In this document: piece after piece, positions 46,998-55,046 of the stretch | Numbering within the stretch: position 1 is the stretch's first letter | How the letters are laid out: each line of letters begins with the position of its first letter | Virus record (IMG/VR): IMGVR_UViG_3300022074_000037 | Coordinates: 1 to 61,734 of that record | Strand: one strand, 5' to 3' | Length of the DNA stretch: 61,734 bases | DNA from: a virus | Lineage: Duplodnaviria > Caudoviricetes | The notes under the pieces: generated by a model | What the model was told of the DNA's origin: nothing | Databases searched by the model: none | Seen by the model: the letters and a program-made list of their open reading frames with translations, nothing else | Translations under genes and position numbers: made by a program

Positions 46998-47158
46998 GAA
47001 CGAATATTAGAGAGTATATAAACCATTTAAAAGAGTTACACCATGAACTGAATAAGGACAAACATCCAACTAAAGAGATGAAGGTTCAGAAACTAAAACT
47101 CAAGGACGAGATATTCAAACTTGAACAACAATTCGCAGAGGAATATTGGAGTACATGA
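46994..47158 (+). CDS. small DUF465/YdcH-like protein (54 aa)
   Basis: H.EL...K.QKLKLKDEI. Confidence 0.55.
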   Translation: MRTNIREYINHLKELHHELNKDKHPTKEMKVQKLKLKDEIFKLEQQFAEEYWST

Positions 47159-47325
47159 ATTACATATTTAAGATATGGCAATACGCACTAGGTAGTTATA
47201 GTGACGAAAAGACTCAACCATATGACATAGGTATGTTACTTATTAGAACGGCATGGGTTGCACTACACATTATAACGTGTCTGTTCATCATTGTAGGAAA
47301 CGGAAGGGTATTAGAATTATGGTAA
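47155..47325 (+). CDS. small membrane protein (56 aa)
   Basis: IW.YALGS....T..YD; coupled. Confidence 0.6.
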   Translation: MNYIFKIWQYALGSYSDEKTQPYDIGMLLIRTAWVALHIITCLFIIVGNGRVLELW

Positions 47326-47555
47326 AAGACAATAGGACGTTTTATAGTAAACACATGGGTGTAGACGAATACGCAGATAGAACCGCCTGTATTTTCAAGA
47401 ACGAACATGGCCATTGGGAAGTAGATTTCTGGCAGGCAGATAAACTAATAGAAACAGTTGTCATGAAAACAGAACATGGTGATGAGGTAGTATTTCATAA
47501 TGAGACATACGCTGATTCCGCCGCAGAGAATTATGTATTAGGGTATCATAGATAG
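47319..47555 (+). CDS. hypothetical protein
   Basis: Ends AENYVLG. Confidence 0.6.
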   Translation: MVKDNRTFYSKHMGVDEYADRTACIFKNEHGHWEVDFWQADKLIETVVMKTEHGDEVVFHNETYADSAAENYVLGYHR

Positions 47556-47632
47556 ACTACTATATAATAATGTAATCAGACTGTCGAAAGACGAATTGAT
47601 TACCCAAATGTTTAACAACGAAAAGGAGAAAT

Positions 47633-48643
47633 ATGATGTCAAACATTAAGACGATTCTAGGTCGTGACATTGACCTAGTTACAATTCAACAACAAAACCC
47701 ACAGTCAGAGATTCAACGCAAACTTCCAGATGGAGTAGATTACGTTGGTATCAAATGGCGTGAAATTCCAGAACATCCGACAGACGATAACCTTGGGGTT
47801 CGTGCATTAGGTACACCGAATGCATATGATACACTTGGGTTTGACCTCAAGAGAAACGGTTGGGATATCACCGCTGACCTTCCAGTAGAAGACGTAGATG
47901 ATGGTGAACTCAACGATGGTCGAACCAGAGAAGGTGAGATGCGTAGATTGGGTGAGAAGTGGATGCCTGTTGTGGTCGCTAAGATTGCACCAGAACTGAA
48001 ACGTGCATCTGCGGTCAAGTTAAACAATCACAGTTACTCTAAGAGAATGACGATGGATGACTGTGTTGTTGCGTTGGTTGAGGATATCGCAGATGGGTAT
48101 GTATTACCGAACCAAGATTCGATTGAGACGGCTTTGCATACACGATATAACGTATCAGAACTCTTTCACGAAGGTGGAGGCACATACACCAAGATTGTAT
48201 TGAAGGTACTCGACAGAGTAAACAATGCGGATGAGGTAGTGCGTAACAAGGAAGGTTCTGGTTGGCAAGATTGGGTCAACGCAAACACGGAGTATTCTGG
48301 TATTCATACTATCAACGCTGGAGGCAAGGCCCCACAAAGGTTCTTTGCAGACCATATAGTACCAAAGGGTAGAAAAGGCGAGAAAGTCCAAGTCATTCTA
48401 TATGCACATGAGACAACAGTAGAGAGATGTAAGGAAGTATTTCGTCTATTCAGAAAGAACACAAACAAACTCTATTCAGATGCATTTCACATGGTCATGA
48501 ACACAGTGCCAGGCATCAAGATTGACATCCCAGAACAAGGGTATGAGATTGTCGGTATCGTTCCACAAGTACAGAATGACGTACAAAAGGATGCATACGA
48601 AAACGGTGAACTCATCTCATGGGATGACTATATGAACCAGTAA
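47633..48643 (+). CDS. hypothetical protein with possible ParB/Srx-like N-domain
   Basis: AAGGAG RBS; GW..P...LNDGRTR. Confidence 0.55.
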   Translation: MMSNIKTILGRDIDLVTIQQQNPQSEIQRKLPDGVDYVGIKWREIPEHPTDDNLGVRALGTPNAYDTLGFDLKRNGWDITADLPVEDVDDGELNDGRTREGEMRRLGEKWMPVVVAKIAPELKRASAVKLNNHSYSKRMTMDDCVVALVEDIADGYVLPNQDSIETALHTRYNVSELFHEGGGTYTKIVLKVLDRVNNADEVVRNKEGSGWQDWVNANTEYSGIHTINAGGKAPQRFFADHIVPKGRKGEKVQVILYAHETTVERCKEVFRLFRKNTNKLYSDAFHMVMNTVPGIKIDIPEQGYEIVGIVPQVQNDVQKDAYENGELISWDDYMNQ

Positions 48644-48698
48644 AATAAATAAGTGTACAGGGGATAAAACCTCTGTACACATTTCCAAGAGGATAGAC

Positions 48699-48845
48699 AT
48701 GGACAGATACGACTTATACGCATTCATCATCGCATTAACCCTTGCATTCCTTATAGGGTTTATCATGGGAGAAGGAACACTTGGTATCGCACTGGTAACA
48801 GGTCTAACCACATATATCGGTATACGACTATTGGAGTACATATGA
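48699..48845 (+). CDS. small two-TM protein (48 aa)
   Basis: GAGGA RBS. Confidence 0.55.
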   Translation: MDRYDLYAFIIALTLAFLIGFIMGEGTLGIALVTGLTTYIGIRLLEYI

Positions 48846-48998
48846 ATAAGATGTTAATATGTCTATTGGTATCACAGAACATAGTCATCGCTGATACAGG
48901 GGAAAGAGATAGAATGTGTGTATATAAGTGTCAAAAGAACGAGAAAGAAACCGTATATACACATCCAGTATATCAATGTCCAAAGAGGTTGTATATAG

Positions 48999-49223
48999 AT
49001 GACAAAACAGAGTAAGTATACACAAAGACAATGGGATAGAACAGTAGGATGGGGAACAGTACCAGATGAATATAGTCACGTTTCCACTGACAGTACAGAT
49101 GGACAAGATAGTAAGACAAGCGAAGAGAGTAGAGAAAAGGTCTATAGAACTGTTAGAGAGATACAAGAAGAATGGACACTTGATGACCCTAGATGGGATG
49201 AAAGATGGTATTGCGGAAAGTAA
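48999..49223 (+). CDS. hypothetical protein
   Basis: GAGG RBS. Confidence 0.55.
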   Translation: MTKQSKYTQRQWDRTVGWGTVPDEYSHVSTDSTDGQDSKTSEESREKVYRTVREIQEEWTLDDPRWDERWYCGK

Positions 49224-49320
49224 TCCCAGAGAAACCCATGATATCCCATGATTCCCCATAAATTAAAAAAAGGTTAAAAAGAATATAGCTGTCTTGTCTT
49301 TAAATCCTGCGGCCTATCGG

Positions 49321-49488
49321 CGAATCGGGCCGAATCACCTGCCAAATAACACACGAAATCCCACGAAATGTTACCAGAACAACCTATGGACAGACTGTCG
49401 CACCTCAGAAGCCCTTGATTTATAAGGGCTTTTTCTTTGATTTTTTTTGGCGAAAGCCCTTGACAACTCCTTGACATTCTGGTATTAT
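49321..49488 (+). promoter_or_regulatory. modular early promoter 6 (no spacer palindrome)
   Basis: CGAATCG 49321, CGAATCA 49331; AAGCCCTTGATTTATAAGGGC; TTGACA(49460)-17-TATTAT. Confidence 0.75.
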
Positions 49489-49543
49489 CTGTATGTAGAG
49501 TGAGAATAAAGACTAAATCTAATAACTAATGAGAGGTATGAAT

Positions 49544-49798
49544 ATGGATAGAATGATATGGACTGACGCTGAAGCTTACATGGGTAGAGGTATTAAAGAC
49601 CCAGAGAATGACCATGAGTACAACACCACTGAGTTTCACAGTGGCCCTGAGAACAAGAGAGAGTGTCCTTGTGATACTTGTCCTATGTTTGATATGTGCG
49701 CCAAGGATGGTACTGAGTGTAGTGCGTTCCGTAATTGGGGTACGAATGGTGACTTCAAGGATGCAGATGTGCAGAGGTTACTAAGGGTTGCTGCCTAA
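49544..49798 (+). CDS. small Cys-cluster protein
   Basis: CPCDTC....C......C..F; ends VAA. Confidence 0.7.
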   Translation: MDRMIWTDAEAYMGRGIKDPENDHEYNTTEFHSGPENKRECPCDTCPMFDMCAKDGTECSAFRNWGTNGDFKDADVQRLLRVAA

Positions 49799-49882
49799 TG
49801 AGAGGTATACTGTTGTTCGGACTGTTTACCTTTGTGATGTTAATGATGCTGGCCAAGTGTGCTGGTTTATAGAGGAGTTGTT

Positions 49883-50230
49883 ATGAGTACAAAAGAGTTT
49901 ACTGCACAGGAGATTGCAGACATCAATAAGGATTTCGCTGTAGGTAATGCGATTACCAAGTGGAAGTTTATGCAGACACCAGAGTATGCGAGACTGCCTG
50001 ATGCGGTGAGGTTCACAGTAGAGAAGGAGTGTCTTACGCATTACTTCAATATACTTACTGATGGTATGCCTGATTGGAAGTTGCCTATCTCTGGTACTAT
50101 TCCTATTAGAGACTTGAATCCATTCAGAGCCGCCGTGGAGTATTTCACTGGTACGGAACTGTCTGTCATTGAACAGGACGGCACCAACTTCAAGGTGTTC
50201 GCAAAGGGGTATTACATGATGGGCGATTAG
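49883..50230 (+). CDS. early hypothetical protein
   Basis: GAGGAG RBS; DWK.PI...AVEYFTG...GYY. Confidence 0.7.
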   Translation: MSTKEFTAQEIADINKDFAVGNAITKWKFMQTPEYARLPDAVRFTVEKECLTHYFNILTDGMPDWKLPISGTIPIRDLNPFRAAVEYFTGTELSVIEQDGTNFKVFAKGYYMMGD

Positions 50231-50301
50231 TACTTGACATTTGGTTGAGAGTGTGGTAGTGTAAGGCTATAGTATGGGTATCCCCTAAAACTGAGTGCCG
50301 A

Positions 50302-50490
50302 TTGATAATCTATAAATGCAATAAAGATACGGAGATATATTTGTTAGATAAGTTTCATTTCAAAGTAATCTACCCAGACGGAGAGGTAGAGTATTGGTTT
50401 AACACAGTCGCAGAGACAATCGCAGAGTTGTCCAGACTACAGAAGATACATGACAACAAGGTTCAAATCAAAGGGCCACTAACACTATAG
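50302..50490 (+). CDS. hypothetical protein
   Basis: TTG start; downstream of TTGACA at 50235. Confidence 0.45.
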   Translation: MIIYKCNKDTEIYLLDKFHFKVIYPDGEVEYWFNTVAETIAELSRLQKIHDNKVQIKGPLTL

Positions 50491-50566
50491 GGCCTGTAGT
50501 TCAACTGGATAGAATGTCAGTCTACGAAACTGAAGGTTCATGGTTCGAGTCCATGCAGGCCCACCA
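50490..50566 (+). tRNA. tRNA-Arg (ACG)
   Basis: GGGCCTG/CAGGCCC acceptor, TCAGT-CTACGAA-ACTGA, GGTTCGA, CCA. Confidence 0.93.
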
Positions 50567-50578
50567 TAAGGAGTTCAT

Positions 50579-51076
50579 ATGAATAAGACAGAAGAGATAA
50601 TGGTCAACACTATGGAAGAGTGTGGCGAACTTGTGCAAGCGTGTTCCAAAGCAATACGCAGAGGAGAAATGTTTCGCAACTCTGATAGTGAGATTACATT
50701 CAAAGAAGAAGTAGGTGATGTCTATACAATGATATGTCTACTGGTTGAACATGGTTATATTACATGGGATGAGATATCTCAACGTGAAAAGATTAAACGT
50801 GCAAAGTTAAAGAAGTGGTCTAAGTTAGATATCTTGGATGACCCCCACCCCCCAAAATCTGAAGAGAAAGAAAAGAACTTCCCTAGTAATTCTGTTACAT
50901 GGAGACAATCCACTGATTATAATTATGTGGATGAAAGAGGATATGGTAGAGTTACCTATGTGAAAGAAGACAACACAAATTGGTCTTCAGAACCTATGAG
51001 TGAATATGAAGAACGTGAGTGGGAACGTATTGAACAGATTATGGAAAGTCAGAAACGTGGAAAAGAAACTATCTAA
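50579..51076 (+). CDS. MazG-like nucleotide pyrophosphohydrolase
   Basis: EECGELVQA.SK...EEVGDV. Confidence 0.8.
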   Translation: MNKTEEIMVNTMEECGELVQACSKAIRRGEMFRNSDSEITFKEEVGDVYTMICLLVEHGYITWDEISQREKIKRAKLKKWSKLDILDDPHPPKSEEKEKNFPSNSVTWRQSTDYNYVDERGYGRVTYVKEDNTNWSSEPMSEYEEREWERIEQIMESQKRGKETI

Positions 51077-51314
51077 GGTAACACCTCTACATGACCTTAC
51101 ATGGTATGTGAAATGGGTGAGTACACTTCTGGTGATTGCAGCCGTTATGTGTCGTTCTCTTGAACTGCATCTATATGATATGGTGTTCAGTTTGTTGGGA
51201 GTAATCGGATGGACATTCGTAGGCCTGCGCTGGCACGACAGAGCGCTCACTCTTCTTAACACCGTATTAGGTGTACTACTTATCTTAGGTATCGGTAAGT
51301 ACTTCGTTTCTTAG
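51057..51314 (+). CDS. small three-TM membrane protein
   Basis: WYVKW...W.DRAL..LN; start uncertain. Confidence 0.65.
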   Translation: MEKKLSKVTPLHDLTWYVKWVSTLLVIAAVMCRSLELHLYDMVFSLLGVIGWTFVGLRWHDRALTLLNTVLGVLLILGIGKYFVS

Positions 51315-51321
51315 TGGTTAC

Positions 51322-51407
51322 GCCCCTGTGGTGGAATAGGTAGACACACAAGACTTAAAATCTTGAGACTTTTAGTCGTGCGAGTTCGAGTCTCGCTGGG
51401 GGCACCA
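51322..51407 (+). tRNA. tRNA-Leu (TAA)
   Basis: CAAGA-CTTAAAA-TCTTG, long variable arm, GTTCGA, CCA. Confidence 0.93.
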
Positions 51408-51411
51408 CCGC

Positions 51412-51561
51412 CGAATCACTTTGCGAATCATCTGTACGATTCGCTGAAAAAACCTCTTCCCTTCCCAAAAAATCCAAAAATCCGACTCGTAAGTCACTGA
51501 TATTATTGAGAAAATAAATCTGTTTTTTGCCCTTGACTTGTTATGAAAACATTGGTATAGT
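51412..51561 (+). promoter_or_regulatory. modular early promoter 7
   Basis: CGAATCA 51412 and 51424, CGATTCG 51437, CGACTCG 51483; TAAGTCACTGATA; TTGACT(51533)-17-TATAGT with TGTTATGAAAACA. Confidence 0.85.
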
Positions 51562-51592
51562 ATATGTATAGTCAATGAGAGAGGTACTAAAA

Positions 51593-51874
51593 ATGTTTCG
51601 TATGAATGATTTCCATGTAGTCGAGGGTATGACTTGGGATGAGGCGGTTCGCATCATCAAGGGTCGTGCTAATGATAACCTTCTTGACGGTATGGAATAT
51701 ATGAACGATGTTTGGAATCGTTATGTCACTGACCAGAACGCCTACTACAATGGTGAGAAGGATGAGATGATTTACGGTGATGATAATGACTTCTTTGAAC
51801 ATTGGTGTTATGAGTGTACTGCTTACAACATTGTGTTTGAAGGTATGGGTAAACTTTTTGGAGAGGCTGCGTAA
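51593..51874 (+). CDS. early hypothetical protein
   Basis: GAGAGAGG leader; ends EAA. Confidence 0.75.
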   Translation: MFRMNDFHVVEGMTWDEAVRIIKGRANDNLLDGMEYMNDVWNRYVTDQNAYYNGEKDEMIYGDDNDFFEHWCYECTAYNIVFEGMGKLFGEAA

Positions 51875-52023
51875 TGACTTTTGATACTTTGGTTATGACT
51901 GACTATGGTATGATAGGACGGATTGGTTCTATTGAGGATGTGGATGGTGTTACATACTACACTGTCTATTTTGATGATGGTGCAGTAAAACGGTTTACTG
52001 CTGATAACTTGGAGATTATATAA
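51874..52023 (+). CDS. small SH3/KOW-like protein (49 aa)
   Basis: TAATG coupling on both sides. Confidence 0.55.
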   Translation: MTFDTLVMTDYGMIGRIGSIEDVDGVTYYTVYFDDGAVKRFTADNLEII

Positions 52024-52208
52024 TGGAACAGTTGACACAATTACAAAATGAGTATGTGTTCTTCAAAGATATGTTGAAGACACTAGAACGAAAGAAGAAG
52101 AAGACTCCAGGCAATGGTTTCGCAATGATGAAGTGCAAAGAAAAGATTGCGGAACTAGAGAAAATCTTCGATGATATTGATTATGCAGCACAGGTGACTT
52201 ATGACTAA
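52023..52208 (+). CDS. hypothetical protein
   Basis: GGAG RBS. Confidence 0.65.
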   Translation: MEQLTQLQNEYVFFKDMLKTLERKKKKTPGNGFAMMKCKEKIAELEKIFDDIDYAAQVTYD

Positions 52209-52449
52209 TACAGAAACAATCGTGAATACTCTATGTGACTTTATCGCTTATGTAGATTCGTTCTACAATGAAAAGTCTGGTATCTATCCTATCAAGGGTA
52301 TGACTAATCAAATGGTCATCAATGGTGTACAAACCTACATCACTCAAATCGGTCAGGCCGAATCACTTGAGTGGGGTGGGGGCGATTCGGTTGACCGTGA
52401 ACGTGTTCGTGACATTATCCTCGCTGACAATGAACTTCAGTGGGGATAA
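52201..52449 (+). CDS. hypothetical protein
   Basis: YV.SFY...GIYP...GGDSVDRERVRD. Confidence 0.7.
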   Translation: MTNTETIVNTLCDFIAYVDSFYNEKSGIYPIKGMTNQMVINGVQTYITQIGQAESLEWGGGDSVDRERVRDIILADNELQWG

Positions 52450-52528
52450 ACCCTTGATATTACTAGGCTTTTTATTTGAAAAAAAAGTGAAAAAAAGCCT
52501 TGACTTGTTATGAAAACATTGATATAGT
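52359..52528 (+). promoter_or_regulatory. modular early promoter 8
   Basis: CGAATCA 52359, CGATTCG 52383; TAAACCCTTGATA; TTGACT(52500)-17-TATAGT with TGTTATGAAAACA. Confidence 0.85.
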
Positions 52529-52557
52529 ATAAGGGTAATAGAGAGAAAGGAAACGAA

Positions 52558-52980
52558 ATGGCTTATATTTCACAAGAGAAAAAGAAAGAACTTGCTCCTG
52601 CCATCAAGGCGGTATTGAAGAAGTATGGTATGAAAGGTACTATCGGTATCAACCATCACAGTTCTTTGGTTGTTAATCTAAAGGAAGGTGTTCTTGACCT
52701 TCTTGGTGATGCACAGAAACACAATGACAAGGTTGCGGAACAACGTGGTCAACAGAGTTATCCTATTGGTGACCACCTTCAAGTCAATACCTGCTACGCA
52801 GATGAGTGGGCGACTGATGAAAAAATCAGTAACTTCTATGAGGAGTTGATTGGTGCGATGAAAGGTACTACTTGGTACAACAAGTCTGATGCAATGAGTG
52901 ACTACTTTGACATTGCGTATTACTTGGATGTCAATGTTGGTAAGTGGGATAAAGGTTATGTCTTGAAGGAGGTTGCGTAA
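52558..52980 (+). CDS. early hypothetical protein
   Basis: MAY.SQE.KK.LAP.IKAVLKKY...SD.M.DYF...YY. Confidence 0.75.
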   Translation: MAYISQEKKKELAPAIKAVLKKYGMKGTIGINHHSSLVVNLKEGVLDLLGDAQKHNDKVAEQRGQQSYPIGDHLQVNTCYADEWATDEKISNFYEELIGAMKGTTWYNKSDAMSDYFDIAYYLDVNVGKWDKGYVLKEVA

Positions 52981-53174
52981 TGTTGAAACAGATGTTAGGT
53001 GCGTTTTTTATTTTTGCTGGTCTGGTTGCGATTGCAGGCAGTGCTGGTGACTGTGACGGTAAGTGCATGGAGTATGCAAACACCCTAGAAGAAATGTTGA
53101 TTATTTGTTTTATAGGGTTGACATTGCTTGTCACAGGTGGTATTATAATCTATAAGGAGAATGAAAATGGGTAA
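52980..53174 (+). CDS. small membrane protein
   Basis: Two TM, CDGKC. Confidence 0.65.
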   Translation: MLKQMLGAFFIFAGLVAIAGSAGDCDGKCMEYANTLEEMLIICFIGLTLLVTGGIIIYKENENG

Positions 53175-53388
53175 AGTGAAAAACTACATGATGGACATTG
53201 AAGAGAATGTCTATGACCTTGTTGGTCTTGAAGATAAGATTTCAGAATCAGAAGATGTTTCTGAAGTGAAGTCTTGGGTTGTTGACCAACTTGGACTGAA
53301 GACACATTTCGATATTGGTATCGCCGAAGGTGCGGTCACCGAAATGTGGAATGAACTTTGGGGCAACTATCAAGATTGCCCTTACTAA
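53167..53388 (+). CDS. hypothetical protein
   Basis: AAGGAG RBS; MGKVKNYMMD. Confidence 0.7.
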   Translation: MGKVKNYMMDIEENVYDLVGLEDKISESEDVSEVKSWVVDQLGLKTHFDIGIAEGAVTEMWNELWGNYQDCPY

Positions 53389-53403
53389 GAGAGGAGAATA
53401 ATT

Positions 53404-53736
53404 ATGGGTTTACTAGTGAATGTTTATAAGGATGCGTCATCAAAGTATGATTGCACAAATGGTGGTGTCTCGTCTAGGGATATCAAAGGTCTTTGTCTGA
53501 CTAACGTGCCTGGGCCGTTTGACCCAAGTGAGGATTATCCTGCCGCACAGTTGGTGAAACAGACTTTCGGTTTTGGTTCTTCAGTGAAAGTTATTCCAGA
53601 AGAATGTGAAGGTAAACAGACTATGATGGGTGGTAACTATGCTGGAACATCCGACTCAAGGTTCAGTGATATGATTAAGTCATTTCTTGGTCACGGTTTC
53701 TATGGTGCGGTTGCAATCCACGACAGAGTAGAATAG
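53404..53736 (+). CDS. hypothetical protein
   Basis: DCTNGGVS...MMGGN..TSDSRF...IHDRVE. Confidence 0.75.
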   Translation: MGLLVNVYKDASSKYDCTNGGVSSRDIKGLCLTNVPGPFDPSEDYPAAQLVKQTFGFGSSVKVIPEECEGKQTMMGGNYAGTSDSRFSDMIKSFLGHGFYGAVAIHDRVE

Positions 53737-53742
53737 GACAAT

Positions 53743-53820
53743 GCATCCTTAGCTCAGCTGGATTAGAGCAACGGTCTTCTAAACCGTAGGTCACAGGTTC
53801 GAGTCCTGTAGGATGCGCCA
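53743..53820 (+). tRNA. tRNA-Arg (TCT)
   Basis: GCATCCT/AGGATGC, ACGGT-CTTCTAA-ACCGT, GGTTCGA, CCA. Confidence 0.95.
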
Positions 53821-53823
53821 ATC

Positions 53824-53849
53824 AAGGGGGAACAATCGTTCCCCCTTTT
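53824..53849 (+). terminator. intrinsic terminator closing the early island
   Basis: AAGGGGGAAC/GTTCCCCCTT plus T-run. Confidence 0.8.
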
Positions 53850-53852
53850 CTG

Positions 53853-53860
53853 TATAAATA
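53853..53860 (+). promoter_or_regulatory. T4-type late promoter TATAAATA for the gp5 operon
   Basis: Exact consensus 5 nt before the gp5 ATG. Confidence 0.75.
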
Positions 53861-53865
53861 TCTAT

Positions 53866-55038
53866 ATGCAGAACTTCTTAGGTAGAGATGGATTCATATG
53901 GTTTACTGGTGTTGTCGAGGATAGACAAGACCCAGATAAACTCGGCCGTGTTCGTGTGCGGTGCGTTGGATACCATACAGATGACGTAAATAAAATTCCA
54001 ACAACGGATTTACCTTGGGCATGGGTTATGATGCCGACAACCACTTCTTCTATGGGTGGATTGGGTGAAGGTATGCCGTTTATCGTTGAAGGTAGTTGGG
54101 TTGTAGGTTTCTGGCGTGACCCAGATAATATGCAAGAACCAATTGTTATCGGAACATTACCAGGCGTTCCATCTGAAACACAAAAGGTTGACACTGGTTT
54201 CAATGACCCTCGTAGTGAAAGTGCGGAACAAAGTGAAGGTGCATACAAATACAAACCAGACTTTGGGCCTTATCCTTTACGAACTAATGATAGTGACGTA
54301 TCCAGACTTGCAAAGAATGACACAAACAATATTCATACAGAGATTCAAGAACGTGATGGTGCGGTAACAGAAGGCGTACCAACCGCAAACGAAAAAGAAA
54401 TATATTCTGGTAAAGCAATCGCAACCAACATTGACCCATCTGCAACAACGTGGAAAGAACCAAAGACTACGGATGATTCCGTTAGAGGTGCAGATGCAAC
54501 AGGCCGCAATCCAGAAACAAAAGAAAATAGAACTGCTCCTTACAAAAGACGCAACACGGAATATCCATACAACCGTACATACGAAACAGAGAGTGGCCAC
54601 ATTGTTGAGTTTGATGACACACCATATGCGGAACGTATCTATGAGAAACACAAGAGTGGAACATTCAGAGAGATTGATGCAGACGGTAATGTGGTCACAA
54701 GAGTTGTAGGAAACAACTATGAGATTATTGCAGGCGCAAACTTTGTCAACGTCAAGGGTGATGTCAATCTTACAATCGACTCAAACTGCAAGACTTATAT
54801 TAAAGGTGATTGGGATATTCAAGTTGATGGTAATGTCAATGAGGTAATCAAAGGAACACTAACACAAGATGTTACAGGTGCAGTGTCAGAAACGTATAAA
54901 GATACAAAGACCGAAAATGTAACTGGTGCTGTTACTGAAACATATGCCGCAAACCAAACTACAAACATAACAGGAACACTAGACTTGGATGCTTCTTCTG
55001 AAGTAGACATTGATGCTGGTGTTATTAACTTAAACTAG
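53866..55038 (+). CDS. gp5: baseplate central spike gp5 (OB fold plus beta-helix, no lysozyme domain)
   Basis: WFTGVVEDR.DP.KLGRVRVR, LPWA, YPYN...ETESGH, VxG repeats. Confidence 0.92.
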   Translation: MQNFLGRDGFIWFTGVVEDRQDPDKLGRVRVRCVGYHTDDVNKIPTTDLPWAWVMMPTTTSSMGGLGEGMPFIVEGSWVVGFWRDPDNMQEPIVIGTLPGVPSETQKVDTGFNDPRSESAEQSEGAYKYKPDFGPYPLRTNDSDVSRLAKNDTNNIHTEIQERDGAVTEGVPTANEKEIYSGKAIATNIDPSATTWKEPKTTDDSVRGADATGRNPETKENRTAPYKRRNTEYPYNRTYETESGHIVEFDDTPYAERIYEKHKSGTFREIDADGNVVTRVVGNNYEIIAGANFVNVKGDVNLTIDSNCKTYIKGDWDIQVDGNVNEVIKGTLTQDVTGAVSETYKDTKTENVTGAVTETYAANQTTNITGTLDLDASSEVDIDAGVINLN

Positions 55039-55046
55039 GATATGTC

